64,000 nt of DNA from a bacterium (GTDB lineage: Bacteria > Bacteroidota > Bacteroidia > Bacteroidales > FEN-979), in contig JAZDGR010000105.1 in assembly GCA_043806735.1 (NCBI GenBank), positions 3,294-67,293 on the forward strand, given 5' to 3'. Shown here piece after piece: positions 1 to 9,276 of this stretch. The translations under genes were made by a program, and so were the position numbers. Every line of letters begins with the position of its first letter. The stretch's first letter is position 1. Under the pieces are notes generated by a model. That model had not been told where the DNA came from and ran no database searches. It saw only the letters and a program-made list of their open reading frames with translations.

Positions 1-360
1 GCTAACGGCAGGAAAGCTGATGCGGTTATTGTCACCACCTCTGCCATGTCAGCTTTTAAGCAGGCCTGGGAAACTGTCGAACTGGGCGGAGTTGTTGTTT
101 TATTTGCCGTACCCGGACCCGATAAGGATGTGGTTGTTCCGGTCAATGATTTATGGAGGAAGGAGATACGCATACTCACCTCCTATTATTGCGGACCTCC
201 TGATATTGAAGAAGCCCTTGACCTGATAGCGAAGGGAGACATTAAAGTTGATGACCTCATTACCCACAGGCTGCCGTTAAAAGATACAGATAAAGGATTT
301 AAAATGCTCCTGGAGGGAGCCGGAGCGCTTAAGATCATCATCAAACCACAAGAAGGGTGA
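1..360 (+). CDS. Zinc-type (MDR family) alcohol/polyol dehydrogenase, C-terminal fragment; the 5' end lies outside the window
   Basis: Frame 1 is open from nt 1. The tail (GGVVVLFAVPGPDKDVVVPVNDLWRKEIRILTSYY...ITHRLPLKDTDKGFKML) looks like the cofactor-domain end of MDR dehydrogenases. Confidence 0.6.
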   Translation, partial: ANGRKADAVIVTTSAMSAFKQAWETVELGGVVVLFAVPGPDKDVVVPVNDLWRKEIRILTSYYCGPPDIEEALDLIAKGDIKVDDLITHRLPLKDTDKGFKMLLEGAGALKIIIKPQEG

Positions 361-595
361 TTCGTATAACCTGGTTTTATCGCCACAGGCTCTCACAAAA
401 ACCGGGTGTCTGTCAGCGGAGTTTAATAGGCCGATATAAAGTACATGGCTTTACGGATTTTATCTGGGGCGGGGAAATCCGCTGAAAAGAAATTCTTATA
501 CACAAAAAAATCCGTAATTTAGTCTGATATAAAAGTGAATAAATGACCCACTTTGAAAAAGTTACTTGCCCTGAACGGTCATGCCTTAACCTCAT

Positions 596-1282
596 GTGAT
601 GCATTCTTCAGAAGAAATAAAATCTCTAGCCCTTCATCTCGGTGCCGACAAATGTGGAATAGCCAGCGCAGACAGGTTTTCTTTTGCTCCAATTGGATTC
701 CGCCCGACGGATGTCTATTCCAAATGCAAGTCTGTTGCCGTTTTCCTGAAGAGAATGCCTTCTGAAGTGATCCTGGCAGAAAACCCATTACCCTATTCCC
801 ATACTGCAGACTTACTTTACTCAGCACTCGATCAGATCGGTTTGAACCTTTGCTCCGAACTCGAAAAGAGAAACATTTACGGGATTCCGGTTGTTACCGA
901 TGTCCCATACCTTCACTGGGATGCCGAGAATAAACATGGGATGGGAATCATCTCCCTTCGACATGCTGCTTTCAACGCTGGACTGGGAATTCTGGGTAGA
1001 AATACCCTGCTGATCAACCGTGAATGCGGGAATATGGTTTATATAGGTGCGGTATTGATTGATGCCGAAGTCGGACCTGATCCTGTTGTGAATGATTTTT
1101 CCTGTCCGCCAAATTGCAGCCTCTGCCTCGATGCCTGTCCGGTTCAGGCATTAGATGGTTTTACGGTGATTCAGAAACTATGCAGGGAAATTTCCTTTTT
1201 TCAGCATGCAAGGGGGTGGGATATTTACACATGTAAGGAATGTCGGAAGGTTTGTCCGTTAAGTAAAGGGGTGAAATCCTAA
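596..1282 (+). CDS. 4Fe-4S cluster protein, QueG / reductive-dehalogenase-related
   Basis: 228-aa ORF with ferredoxin-type Cys motifs CPPNCSLCLDACP and CKECRKVCP. The N-terminal part resembles epoxyqueuosine-reductase-like proteins. Confidence 0.5.
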   Translation: MMHSSEEIKSLALHLGADKCGIASADRFSFAPIGFRPTDVYSKCKSVAVFLKRMPSEVILAENPLPYSHTADLLYSALDQIGLNLCSELEKRNIYGIPVVTDVPYLHWDAENKHGMGIISLRHAAFNAGLGILGRNTLLINRECGNMVYIGAVLIDAEVGPDPVVNDFSCPPNCSLCLDACPVQALDGFTVIQKLCREISFFQHARGWDIYTCKECRKVCPLSKGVKS

Positions 1283-1304
1283 CTTAACGTGGCGATTTAG
1301 GGAA

Positions 1305-1499
1305 TTATCGACTTGACAACCTCCACAGCCAGAAGCAAAGGAAACATGTTGCCACCAACCCCATCCAATTGACCCATATGGGTAGTGACCAGCCACCGAT
1401 CAATACGGGCAAGCAGGTGACAATCCGTAACAAATGAATCAAGGCGACAATCCCAAAGATAGTGCCTGTGACACGGAGCCAGAAGATTTTCGAATTCAT
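1305..1499 (-). CDS. Small two-TM membrane protein (hypothetical)
   Basis: Internal Met of ORF 1305..1568. The sequence MNSKIFWLRVTGTIFGIVALIHLL...WVNWMGLVATCFLCFWLW gives two hydrophobic helices. No family recognised. Confidence 0.3.
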   Translation of the reverse strand: MNSKIFWLRVTGTIFGIVALIHLLRIVTCLPVLIGGWSLPIWVNWMGLVATCFLCFWLWRLSSR

Positions 1500-1626
1500 A
1501 ATGAAGTTGTTAAATGATATTTCTAAACTATAAAGATACGATAACTTCCATTGGAAATGACACTGCAACTACCAAAAATCACCTCTCAACTTTACTTAAT
1601 TCCGCCATGCTCAAACCCACGCTATA

Positions 1627-1724
1627 GTGGGGAGGGCTTATCGTTTCGCCCCCTCACCCTTCTGGGATAAATCCCGGGGCAACTGATTCTCCCCTCCCTT
1701 GTTGGGGAGGGGCCGGGGGAGGGG
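1627..1724. repeat. GC-rich palindromic intergenic element with a G-quadruplex-type run
   Basis: Two imperfect hairpins: gtggggagggc...gccccctcac at 1627-1657, and cccctccc/gggagggg at 1691-1712. GGGGAGGGGCCGGGGGAGGGG lies at 1704-1724. Confidence 0.5.
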
Positions 1725-1745
1725 TAAAAATTCGTTGCAGCAGCA

Positions 1746-1782
1746 CAAAAAAAGGCTGCCCGGGTCTAAAGGCAGCCTTTTT
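1746..1782 (-). terminator. Rho-independent terminator (bidirectional shape) downstream of the PKD/T9SS gene
   Basis: Perfect 10-bp stem aaaggctgcc (1751-1760) / ggcagccttt (1771-1780), flanked by an A-run and a T-run, 22 nt after the stop at 1804. Confidence 0.7.
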
Positions 1783-1803
1783 GCAGACGAAAGAGAGAGG
1801 AAG

Positions 1804-4047
1804 TTATCTGGATTTAAGGAGCTTCCGGGTAAGGGTAAGTCCGCTATCGGTAGAAATCCTCAGGGTGTACATCCCTTCCGGGATCTGGCTTACTGCTATC
1901 TGTAAGGTCGAAGTCCCTGCTTCGAGATGCTGGATATTCCTCCAGGCCGCCTGTCCTGTCAGGTTGAACAGTTCGATGGTGACCAGGGCTGCTTCCGGCA
2001 GCGTTACGGAGATCTGAGCCTGGTTCGATACCGGGTTGGGATAAACCACTCCGGCTTCCAGCACCGGTTTTGGATCTCCGATACCCAGGATGTTGTTGCC
2101 GCTGAAAGTCAGAACAACTTCGACAACCGGATTTCCGGGGGTTATTTCAACTTTGATGTAATCACTGTTGCAGCCGGCCAGTTCTGCATGCAGATAGTAG
2201 ATTCCGTAATCGAGACCTGAGAAATCAAACTGGCCTTCCTCATTCACCTGGTTGTATGAGATCGCCTGGCCCTGCTCGTCCATTAGAAGCATGGTGATTT
2301 TGTCGACCAGGATCGTTTTGAGCCCGCCGGTATTGATCTGTCCGTTAATCGACCCGATTCCGGGTATGAAGTAATTGGCAGTCACCAGGTTGATGTTGTA
2401 TGGATTATTCGCTTGCCCCAGGGTGACTATTGTCGCATCTTCCCAGAAAATCACATCCCCGTAATAGGTTGGCAGATATCCTGTCGGCAGGAAAGGAATC
2501 GCGTAGATCAGGTAATTCCCCTGCGGAACCATCCGGAAATAATAGATTCCTGAAGAATCCACTAGGCTGATGTCAATGAATGGGAGATAGTTTAAGTTTG
2601 TGTCCAGCGAGAAGATCATCACCATCCCTGTTTCCAGCGGGAAATTTCCGGCAAAAACCTGACCGTATATCTGGTTCCATTGCGTGCTGTCACCCACCGT
2701 AATAGATTGACCGGATGAGTATGTGCAACTAATGGAATCCTGAGTAGCGGTAGTGAGCGTGACATAGTAAATACCCGTAACCGGATACTGGTGCACCACG
2801 GTCTGTCCCTGGCTGGTCGCTCCGTCGCCGAAATCCCAGTAGTAAGCAGCCTGTTGTCCGTTCACCATATACCCCGAAAAGGTAACCGAAAGGCCGTTGT
2901 TCAGATAGGTGAAATAACTGATACAATCGGATCCGTTACCAACGACAACCTCTTCACACCAGGTGCTCTCACACAGACCTCCTGAATAGAATCCCTGAAT
3001 GGTAAGGCATACATAATAGATGCCGGGGCGCGGGAACTCATGCGACGGATTCTGCTCAGTTGAAAAGGCGCTGTCTCCAAAATTCCAGAACCAACTCGTG
3101 ATATTGCCGGTGGAGAGATCCATGAAGTGGATAATATTGGTTGTCCAGGCTGAATCAGGATAATAGGTAAATTGTGCCTGGCAGCCGCCGGTAGAGTTTC
3201 CTACCTGGATCACTTCGCAATAGGTGTCGTAGCATAAGCTGTCAACCCCCTGAATGGTAAGGCATACATTGTAAGCCCCACCCTGTGCATAGGTATGAAC
3301 CGGGTTTTGCAGGGTGGAATACTGCCCGTCCCCGAAATCCCACGACCAGGAACTGATATTCCCCGTGGATTGATCGGTAAACTGAACGGTATTGCTGCCA
3401 CCGTTGGGATCCTGACTATAGGTGAAATGAGCTAGGCAGTTACCGCCGGTTGAATCTCCCACATAGACTGTCTGGGTTGTGAAATCCCAGCAACCGGCGC
3501 TGCTGTCGCCAATCGATAAAGTCACATAATAATACCCTGTCTGTGGAAAGGTATGAGACGGATTCTGCAGATTAGACCAGGCGCCGTCTCCAAACTGCCA
3601 GTTCCAGGGGCCGGTTGTTCCGGTCGACTGATCGGTAAACTGAAGGGTCAGAGGAGCCGAATATCCATAGGTAAAATCTGCCTGACACGGAGAGTTGTTA
3701 TAGCAGATCTGAAAATTCTGCGTGAAGGTCAGGTTGGTCGGACTATAATACAAAGTTGCCAGTTGCTGTACATTGTTGCAATCATAGGTGTAAACGTACA
3801 GAACTCCGCTGGTACCGGTGGTGTATGGGATGGTATCCACATAGAACCCGTTAGAATTCGTATAGACAGTTTGATAATAGATAAATCCCGAATTAGTCGA
3901 ATCAGAAACAATGGTTACGGGATGGTTAGGAATGGGGGCTCCGGAAGTCAATTCGGTTACGGTACCCGAAACCCAGCAGAACCCCTGCGCTGTTACATTG
4001 CTTCCCTGCGCGAGAAACATGAGTAGAAGGAAAATCAACTTTTTCAT
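1804..4047 (-). CDS. Secreted PKD-repeat protein with a T9SS C-terminal sorting domain
   Basis: Signal peptide MKKLIFLLLMFLAQGSNVTAQ. Four PKD-like repeats (FTDQSTG..W.W.FGDG..S..QNP.H.....G.Y.V.L). CarboxypepD_reg-like segments. The last ~80 aa (VYPNPVSNQAQISV...LFNLTGQ...GMYTLRI) match a type A T9SS CTD. Confidence 0.8.
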   Translation of the reverse strand: MKKLIFLLLMFLAQGSNVTAQGFCWVSGTVTELTSGAPIPNHPVTIVSDSTNSGFIYYQTVYTNSNGFYVDTIPYTTGTSGVLYVYTYDCNNVQQLATLYYSPTNLTFTQNFQICYNNSPCQADFTYGYSAPLTLQFTDQSTGTTGPWNWQFGDGAWSNLQNPSHTFPQTGYYYVTLSIGDSSAGCWDFTTQTVYVGDSTGGNCLAHFTYSQDPNGGSNTVQFTDQSTGNISSWSWDFGDGQYSTLQNPVHTYAQGGAYNVCLTIQGVDSLCYDTYCEVIQVGNSTGGCQAQFTYYPDSAWTTNIIHFMDLSTGNITSWFWNFGDSAFSTEQNPSHEFPRPGIYYVCLTIQGFYSGGLCESTWCEEVVVGNGSDCISYFTYLNNGLSVTFSGYMVNGQQAAYYWDFGDGATSQGQTVVHQYPVTGIYYVTLTTATQDSISCTYSSGQSITVGDSTQWNQIYGQVFAGNFPLETGMVMIFSLDTNLNYLPFIDISLVDSSGIYYFRMVPQGNYLIYAIPFLPTGYLPTYYGDVIFWEDATIVTLGQANNPYNINLVTANYFIPGIGSINGQINTGGLKTILVDKITMLLMDEQGQAISYNQVNEEGQFDFSGLDYGIYYLHAELAGCNSDYIKVEITPGNPVVEVVLTFSGNNILGIGDPKPVLEAGVVYPNPVSNQAQISVTLPEAALVTIELFNLTGQAAWRNIQHLEAGTSTLQIAVSQIPEGMYTLRISTDSGLTLTRKLLKSR

Positions 4048-4127
4048 AACGATGGAATTTAATGGTTTAAATGTATATCTCTAAAACACAAATGGGCGAT
4101 ATAGTTGCCTGTCTTTTGTTAAGCAAT

Positions 4128-5408
4128 TTATAATCCGATGGTGAATGCCGCCCTGAAACCCACTGACCACGGCTTCTTCGTGACATCCGACTGTTCATAT
4201 ACCGAGTTGAAATAGTACTTGATACCGGGTTCAAATTCAACCGAGATTCGCTTCGAAACGAACAAGGAAAAATTCACTGCGCCAACCACCTGCCAGTTGG
4301 TCTGGATACGGTCGGGCGTAATCTGGTTTATCCGGATGATCCGGTCCATGCCGGGATTATAATCCCCCGACAACTGTTTGGATTCAAGCAGGATGGATAG
4401 GACCGGTCCGGCCCTGAACCCCAGGCTGAACCGCTTCTTTTGCAGAAGATCATATCCCAGGATCAGAGGGATTTGCAAATAGGTGTACCGTTTGACTACC
4501 TTAGGATAATCCAGTTTCATCAAACTGTCCCAAACATCCTGGTTCGAGGTGTAATAGGTCGGGATCAGGTAGTAATGACGGGAATCCCAGCTAAACGTAA
4601 TGGAATCCAGTTGCTTGTATGAACCCAGATAGTCGTTGTACTCCACCAGCAGTTCATTGGTCCCTTTGGTGATCGACAATCCCACCCCTGTGCGTACCGA
4701 ATAACGGCCATAGCGGAAACTTCCCTCGAGGCCAAAATTATTGACATATTTCTCCCCCTCCAGGGTGTTGAACATCCATTCGGGGGAATAATAAATCGAC
4801 GTGGTAAAACCCCAGTCACGAATCTGCCGGATCTTTTCAGGTTTTCTGCTTTCGGATAGTGATTCGTCTGAAGGGAGGGTATCAGGAACGGAGCTGATTT
4901 CGGGTTGAAGAGCCTGAGCGGATGAATCAACCGTTATGGGTACAGACGTTTGCGTTTGCGCTTTCGCATCAGTGGATTGAGAAGGGGTTTGCACTGAGCC
5001 GGCTGGATTTTCAATTATTTGAGAAACGACTCCTTGCGGATTGGAGTTTATCTCAGATTGAGCAGGAGGAAGGGAATAGTTGGTTTGTTGCTGCCTTTCA
5101 GAAGTGATCGGTGTTTCAGGAGTGTTCTGTGGCTCCTGGGTCCGGGCAACCGGGGATTCTGCGGAAATCAACTTTTCTCCTTTTTTCTGCGGGTCGGGTG
5201 TATGAAAAAATACCAGCAAGGCAGCTGTGCTGATGATTCCAAAAGCAGCCAGTAAAAGAATCCAGCGCCTCCGGGTTCTTTTCCCTTTGACTTCAACGGA
5301 TATGGCTTCACGGAGGAATCGCTGCCTGCCCGCATCAGATGGAACCACCTGATGTCCCCGCAACCCCTCTTTAAAGAAGTCATCAACCGGATGTTTATCC
5401 TTTTTCAT
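4128..5408 (-). CDS. Single-pass membrane protein downstream of the ECF sigma gene (putative anti-sigma) with a C-terminal beta-barrel-like domain
   Basis: Start abuts the sigma-factor stop. Short N-terminal cytoplasmic part, TM WILLLAAFGIISTAALLVFF, S/P/Q/T-rich linker, then ~230 aa with an alternating beta-strand pattern (PorT / OM barrel-like). Confidence 0.5.
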   Translation of the reverse strand: MKKDKHPVDDFFKEGLRGHQVVPSDAGRQRFLREAISVEVKGKRTRRRWILLLAAFGIISTAALLVFFHTPDPQKKGEKLISAESPVARTQEPQNTPETPITSERQQQTNYSLPPAQSEINSNPQGVVSQIIENPAGSVQTPSQSTDAKAQTQTSVPITVDSSAQALQPEISSVPDTLPSDESLSESRKPEKIRQIRDWGFTTSIYYSPEWMFNTLEGEKYVNNFGLEGSFRYGRYSVRTGVGLSITKGTNELLVEYNDYLGSYKQLDSITFSWDSRHYYLIPTYYTSNQDVWDSLMKLDYPKVVKRYTYLQIPLILGYDLLQKKRFSLGFRAGPVLSILLESKQLSGDYNPGMDRIIRINQITPDRIQTNWQVVGAVNFSLFVSKRISVEFEPGIKYYFNSVYEQSDVTKKPWSVGFRAAFTIGL

Positions 5409-5984
5409 CTATGCAAAAGTTGGTTTTTTGATACGTTCAAGAATTTGTTTCCGAAGCAGTGCCCTGGCTTTTGAGAGCTGTGACTTGGAAGTGTTTTCGC
5501 TCATATGCAGAAGATCTGCAATCTCCCGGTGAGAATAATCTTCAAATACATACAGGTTGAACACTATCCTGTATCCGGGAGGCAGATCAAGAACCATCTG
5601 AAGGATCTCCTCCTGACTTAGTTGCCCTCCAGGCAGATCCAGTGGCATACCTGAGTTTCCCTCATCGTCGGTTGGTTCCTGAATAGATTCCATGGCAACA
5701 TACTGGGTCTCTTTTGATCGGTCCCGAATGTAATTTAATGCGGTGTTGACAATGATCCGTTTCATCCACCCTTCAAAGGAGCCATTTGTTCTTCTTTTGA
5801 AGGTATGGATATGTTTGATGATTTTGATGAACCCGTCGTGAAGCACATCTTCCGCATCCTCCTGATTCCCGCAGTATCGCAGGCACAGGCTTAACAAAAC
5901 AGGAGCATAGCGATCGTACAGCGTTTCATTCACAACCACTTTGTTTCGTTTGACTTCCTCCAGGGTAATCTCTTCGCTTTCCAT
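5409..5984 (-). CDS. ECF-type RNA polymerase sigma-70 factor
   Basis: Region 2 (DAEDVLHDGFIKIIKHI) and region 4 HTH (YSHREIADLLHMSENTSKSQLSKARALLRK). Confidence 0.85.
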   Translation of the reverse strand: MESEEITLEEVKRNKVVVNETLYDRYAPVLLSLCLRYCGNQEDAEDVLHDGFIKIIKHIHTFKRRTNGSFEGWMKRIIVNTALNYIRDRSKETQYVAMESIQEPTDDEGNSGMPLDLPGGQLSQEEILQMVLDLPPGYRIVFNLYVFEDYSHREIADLLHMSENTSKSQLSKARALLRKQILERIKKPTFA

Positions 5985-6117
5985 GCCTTACAACACTCTA
6001 TATAAACCCCAATATACGAAAAAGTTGCCTCCCGAAAAGATCAAAGGCACATCGACATCGAAAAACCGTGCCTTTGTGCCTTCGTGGTTAATAATGCGGG
6101 AGGCGCAAACGACCGAC

Positions 6118-8532
6118 CTATTTTCTGATTCTCATCTTATAAAACGACCGGTACACAAAGTATAGCGCAATCACGCCAAATACAATGCCGATATAAGGAG
6201 CCATCCGGAAGAAGTCTTCCGAGATCGCAATTTCCATGGCAAGAAGCCCGAAAAGGGTGGTGAATTTGATAATGGGATTCAGGGCGACCGACGAAGTATC
6301 TTTAAACGGATCGCCGACAGTATCCCCAACCACCGTGGCCGCATGAAGGGCTGTCCCTTTCTCTTTCATGTCCACTTCCACAACTTTTTTGGCATTGTCC
6401 CAGGCGCCCCCGGCATTGGCCATGAAAATGGCCTGGAACAATCCAAAGAACGCGATGGAGAGAAGGTAAGCTACAAAGAAAGAGGCAGCTGCAAAGGTTC
6501 CGGTTGCCGTAGTCGCATCCATGTCGCGGTATCCCGAAAAGAATGCAATAGCCAGTGCAAATGAGAAGATCGCCACAAAAATGTTGAACATTCCGGTTTG
6601 CGCATACTGCGTACAGATCTTGACGACCTCTTTTGAAGTCTCCATAGAGGCCTTTTTTTCTGCATTTTCATCCAGACGGATGTTCTTTTTAATGTACTCA
6701 ACCGCGCGATATGCCCCGGTTGTAACCGCCTGGATAGAGGCTCCGGTGAACCAGTAGATCACAGCACCACCGGTCAGGAATCCAAGGATTGTATACGGAT
6801 TTAGTACATTGAGGATCTGCTCGGGTTCAATCCCGAAGTGTTTTTTAATGATCAGGATCAGGGAGAAGATCATAGTCGTGGCGCCTACCACGGCGGTCCC
6901 GATCAGTACGGGTTTTGCGGTGGCTTTAAAGGTATTTCCGGCTCCGTCATTGGCTTCCAGAAGATGCTTGGCGTTCTCGAAATCAGGCTTGAACCCAAAC
7001 TCTTTCTCAATCTCGGGGGAAACCTCGTGCTTATTCTCCTCAATCAGCGAAAGTTCATAGATCGATTGGGCATTGTCCGTTACAGGACCGTAACTGTCTA
7101 CGGCAATAGTCACCGGCCCCATCCCCAAAAAGCCAAAAGCCACCAGCCCAAAAGCAAAAATAGAGGGGTAAATCATCATGGCATCCAATCCCGACTGACT
7201 GGTCACGAAAGCAATATACATCAGGGCAAGGAAGACCATACCTTGCCAGAAAGCGCTGAAGTTCCCAGCAACGAGACCGGACAAAATATTCAGGGAAGCT
7301 CCTCCTTCGCTCGAAGCGGTCACCACTTCCTGGACATGTTTTGATTTCGGACTGGTAAATAGTTTGGTGAATTCGGGAATCAGCGCTGCACCAAGGGTAC
7401 CGCAGCTGATGATGATGGATAGGGTCAGCCATAAATTGTTTGGCAGGGCTCCCAGTTGCCAGTAGCTGGCCAGGAAGGTCACCACGATGGAGAAAATCGA
7501 CGTGATCCAGACCAGGTTAGTAAGGGGTCGTTCAAAATCCAGATCCTCCTTTTTGTTGTATCTCGCCTGGCTGATCAATCGGTTGATATAAAAGGAACCG
7601 ATGGAGGTGATCACCATCAGCACACGCATGATGAAAATCCAGGTCAGCAGTTGCTGCTGGTACTCTTTGGTTGTTACGGCCAGCACAATGAAGGAAATTA
7701 GCGCAACTCCGGTTACGCCATACGTTTCAAAACCGTCGGCCGTCGGGCCCACACTGTCGCCGGCGTTATCGCCCGTACAGTCAGCAATGACTCCCGGATT
7801 TCGCGGGTCGTCCTCCTTGATGCCGAAGACCACTTTCATCAGGTCAGATCCGATGTCCGCAATTTTCGTGAAAATCCCTCCGGCGATACGCAAGGCTGAT
7901 GCAGCCAGTGATTCTCCGATCGCAAAGCCAATGAAACTGGCGCCGGCATAATCTCTGGGCACAAAAAGAAGAATGATCAGCATCATGATCAGCTCCACAC
8001 AAATCAAAGCAACCCCGATGCTCATCCCTGCATCCAACGGAATGTTCAGGAGTTTCAAAGGCTTTCGCTCCAGCGAAGCGAATGCCATCCGGCTGTTGGC
8101 AAGCGTATTCATGCGGATGCCAAACCAGGCAACCCCGTATGACCCCAGGATGCCGATAACCGTCCAGCTCAGGATGAGGAGCACCCCTCCAAAAGAATTG
8201 TGCTGCAGGTACCCAAAGTAAAATGCAATGCACAACCCAATGATCACAAATAGGATTACCAGAAATTTCCCTTGCTGGATCAGGTAAGTTTTGCAGGTCT
8301 CAAAGATCACTTTTGCAACGTCCAGCATCGATTGATGGGCTTTCAGTTTCTTTACCCGGGCATATTGATACCATCCGAATAACAGACCCAGTACGCAAAC
8401 CAGGAATCCAAAATACAACAGGTTGTTCTGGGTTGTGGTCAGCTCGGGAATCACCAGATCCGCCTCTCCGGCTGTAGAGATAAAAGGCAACAGAATGGCC
8501 GCCAAAAATGTCGAAAATCGCTTCATATGCAT
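6118..8532 (-). CDS. hppA: Membrane-integral ion-translocating pyrophosphatase
   Basis: Motifs DCTGDNAGDSVGPTADGFETY, GGAWDNAKK and VGDTVGDPFKDTSSVALNPIIKF. Polytopic, 804 aa. Confidence 0.9.
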   Translation of the reverse strand: MHMKRFSTFLAAILLPFISTAGEADLVIPELTTTQNNLLYFGFLVCVLGLLFGWYQYARVKKLKAHQSMLDVAKVIFETCKTYLIQQGKFLVILFVIIGLCIAFYFGYLQHNSFGGVLLILSWTVIGILGSYGVAWFGIRMNTLANSRMAFASLERKPLKLLNIPLDAGMSIGVALICVELIMMLIILLFVPRDYAGASFIGFAIGESLAASALRIAGGIFTKIADIGSDLMKVVFGIKEDDPRNPGVIADCTGDNAGDSVGPTADGFETYGVTGVALISFIVLAVTTKEYQQQLLTWIFIMRVLMVITSIGSFYINRLISQARYNKKEDLDFERPLTNLVWITSIFSIVVTFLASYWQLGALPNNLWLTLSIIISCGTLGAALIPEFTKLFTSPKSKHVQEVVTASSEGGASLNILSGLVAGNFSAFWQGMVFLALMYIAFVTSQSGLDAMMIYPSIFAFGLVAFGFLGMGPVTIAVDSYGPVTDNAQSIYELSLIEENKHEVSPEIEKEFGFKPDFENAKHLLEANDGAGNTFKATAKPVLIGTAVVGATTMIFSLILIIKKHFGIEPEQILNVLNPYTILGFLTGGAVIYWFTGASIQAVTTGAYRAVEYIKKNIRLDENAEKKASMETSKEVVKICTQYAQTGMFNIFVAIFSFALAIAFFSGYRDMDATTATGTFAAASFFVAYLLSIAFFGLFQAIFMANAGGAWDNAKKVVEVDMKEKGTALHAATVVGDTVGDPFKDTSSVALNPIIKFTTLFGLLAMEIAISEDFFRMAPYIGIVFGVIALYFVYRSFYKMRIRK

Positions 8533-8560
8533 GTATTTAACTTGCTGTAATTTATTTCAG

Positions 8561-8568
8561 CAAAAATA
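8561..8568 (-). promoter_or_regulatory. Bacteroidota-type -7 box (TAnnTTTG) for hppA
   Basis: Minus strand reads TATTTTTG, 29 nt upstream of the ATG at 8532. Confidence 0.35.
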
Positions 8569-8631
8569 AAACATTTTTCAAAATCGTGAGGATTTTTTCC
8601 ACAGTTGTTTGCCCGTTTGATAAAAATCACG

Positions 8632-8639
8632 TAGGTTTG
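8632..8639 (+). promoter_or_regulatory. -7 box (TAGGTTTG) for the nuclease-thyA-folA operon
   Basis: Matches TAnnTTTG, 15 nt upstream of the ATG at 8655. Confidence 0.3.
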
Positions 8640-8654
8640 TGAAAAGGAAACCGG

Positions 8655-9257
8655 ATGGCTGAAATAGGGAAAATAAGGTTGGATATTATCGGGATGTCTT
8701 ATAGCCAATCGCAAAGTGGTGCCTACGCGATCATTCTGGGAGAACGGGAAGGGAAACGAAGGCTTCCGATCATCATCGGTGGTTTCGAGGCGCAGGCCAT
8801 CGCCATAGAGCTTGAAAAAATTAAAACCCCAAGGCCACTTACGCATGATCTTTTCAAATCGTTTGCCGAAACATTCAACATCGGAATTACCGAAGTCATC
8901 ATAAACAAGTTCAGCGAAGGAGTTTTTTTTGCCGTGCTTATTTGTTCAGACGGAGAAACTGAACATGAGGTTGACTCCCGCACGTCCGATGCCATTGCCC
9001 TGGCCTTGCGTTTCAATTGCCCGGTTTACACCTACGAACATATTATGTTAGCTGCGGGAATTATTATGGAAGAGGAATCCCCGGAAGCCAAACCATCTGA
9101 ATCGCAAAAGGATGCCCCTGACACGCCCGAAAAAGATTTTGCCGTCAACACCCTTTCCGAATTAAAGCAGTTACTGAAAAAAGCTGTGGAAAATGAGGAG
9201 TATGAAAAAGCTTCCGCCATCCGCGATGAGATCAACAAACGGAAAAGGGAAACCTAG
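8655..9257 (+). CDS. Bifunctional nuclease-family protein with a C-terminal UVR motif
   Basis: N-terminal DNase/RNase-type domain (LPIIIGGFEAQAIAIELEKIKTPRPLTHDL) and a UvrB/C-like motif (EEYEKASAIRDEINKRK). Confidence 0.7.
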   Translation: MAEIGKIRLDIIGMSYSQSQSGAYAIILGEREGKRRLPIIIGGFEAQAIAIELEKIKTPRPLTHDLFKSFAETFNIGITEVIINKFSEGVFFAVLICSDGETEHEVDSRTSDAIALALRFNCPVYTYEHIMLAAGIIMEEESPEAKPSESQKDAPDTPEKDFAVNTLSELKQLLKKAVENEEYEKASAIRDEINKRKRET

Positions 9258-9276
9258 ATGACCTCCGGTACCAACC

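Noticed and set aside
3553-4026. A 157-aa plus-strand ORF antisense to the PKD/T9SS gene.
   Set aside because: It is a shadow ORF. The minus frame has a signal peptide, PKD repeats and a T9SS CTD.
6044-6076. Possible terminator hairpin (aaaggcac...gtgccttt) downstream of hppA.
   Set aside because: The stem is only 8 bp with a 17-nt loop and has no clean U-run, which is too weak to call.
8523-8846. A 107-aa minus-strand ORF spanning the hppA promoter and the start of the nuclease gene.
   Set aside because: It overlaps a well-supported plus-strand CDS and a promoter region, and it has no motifs.
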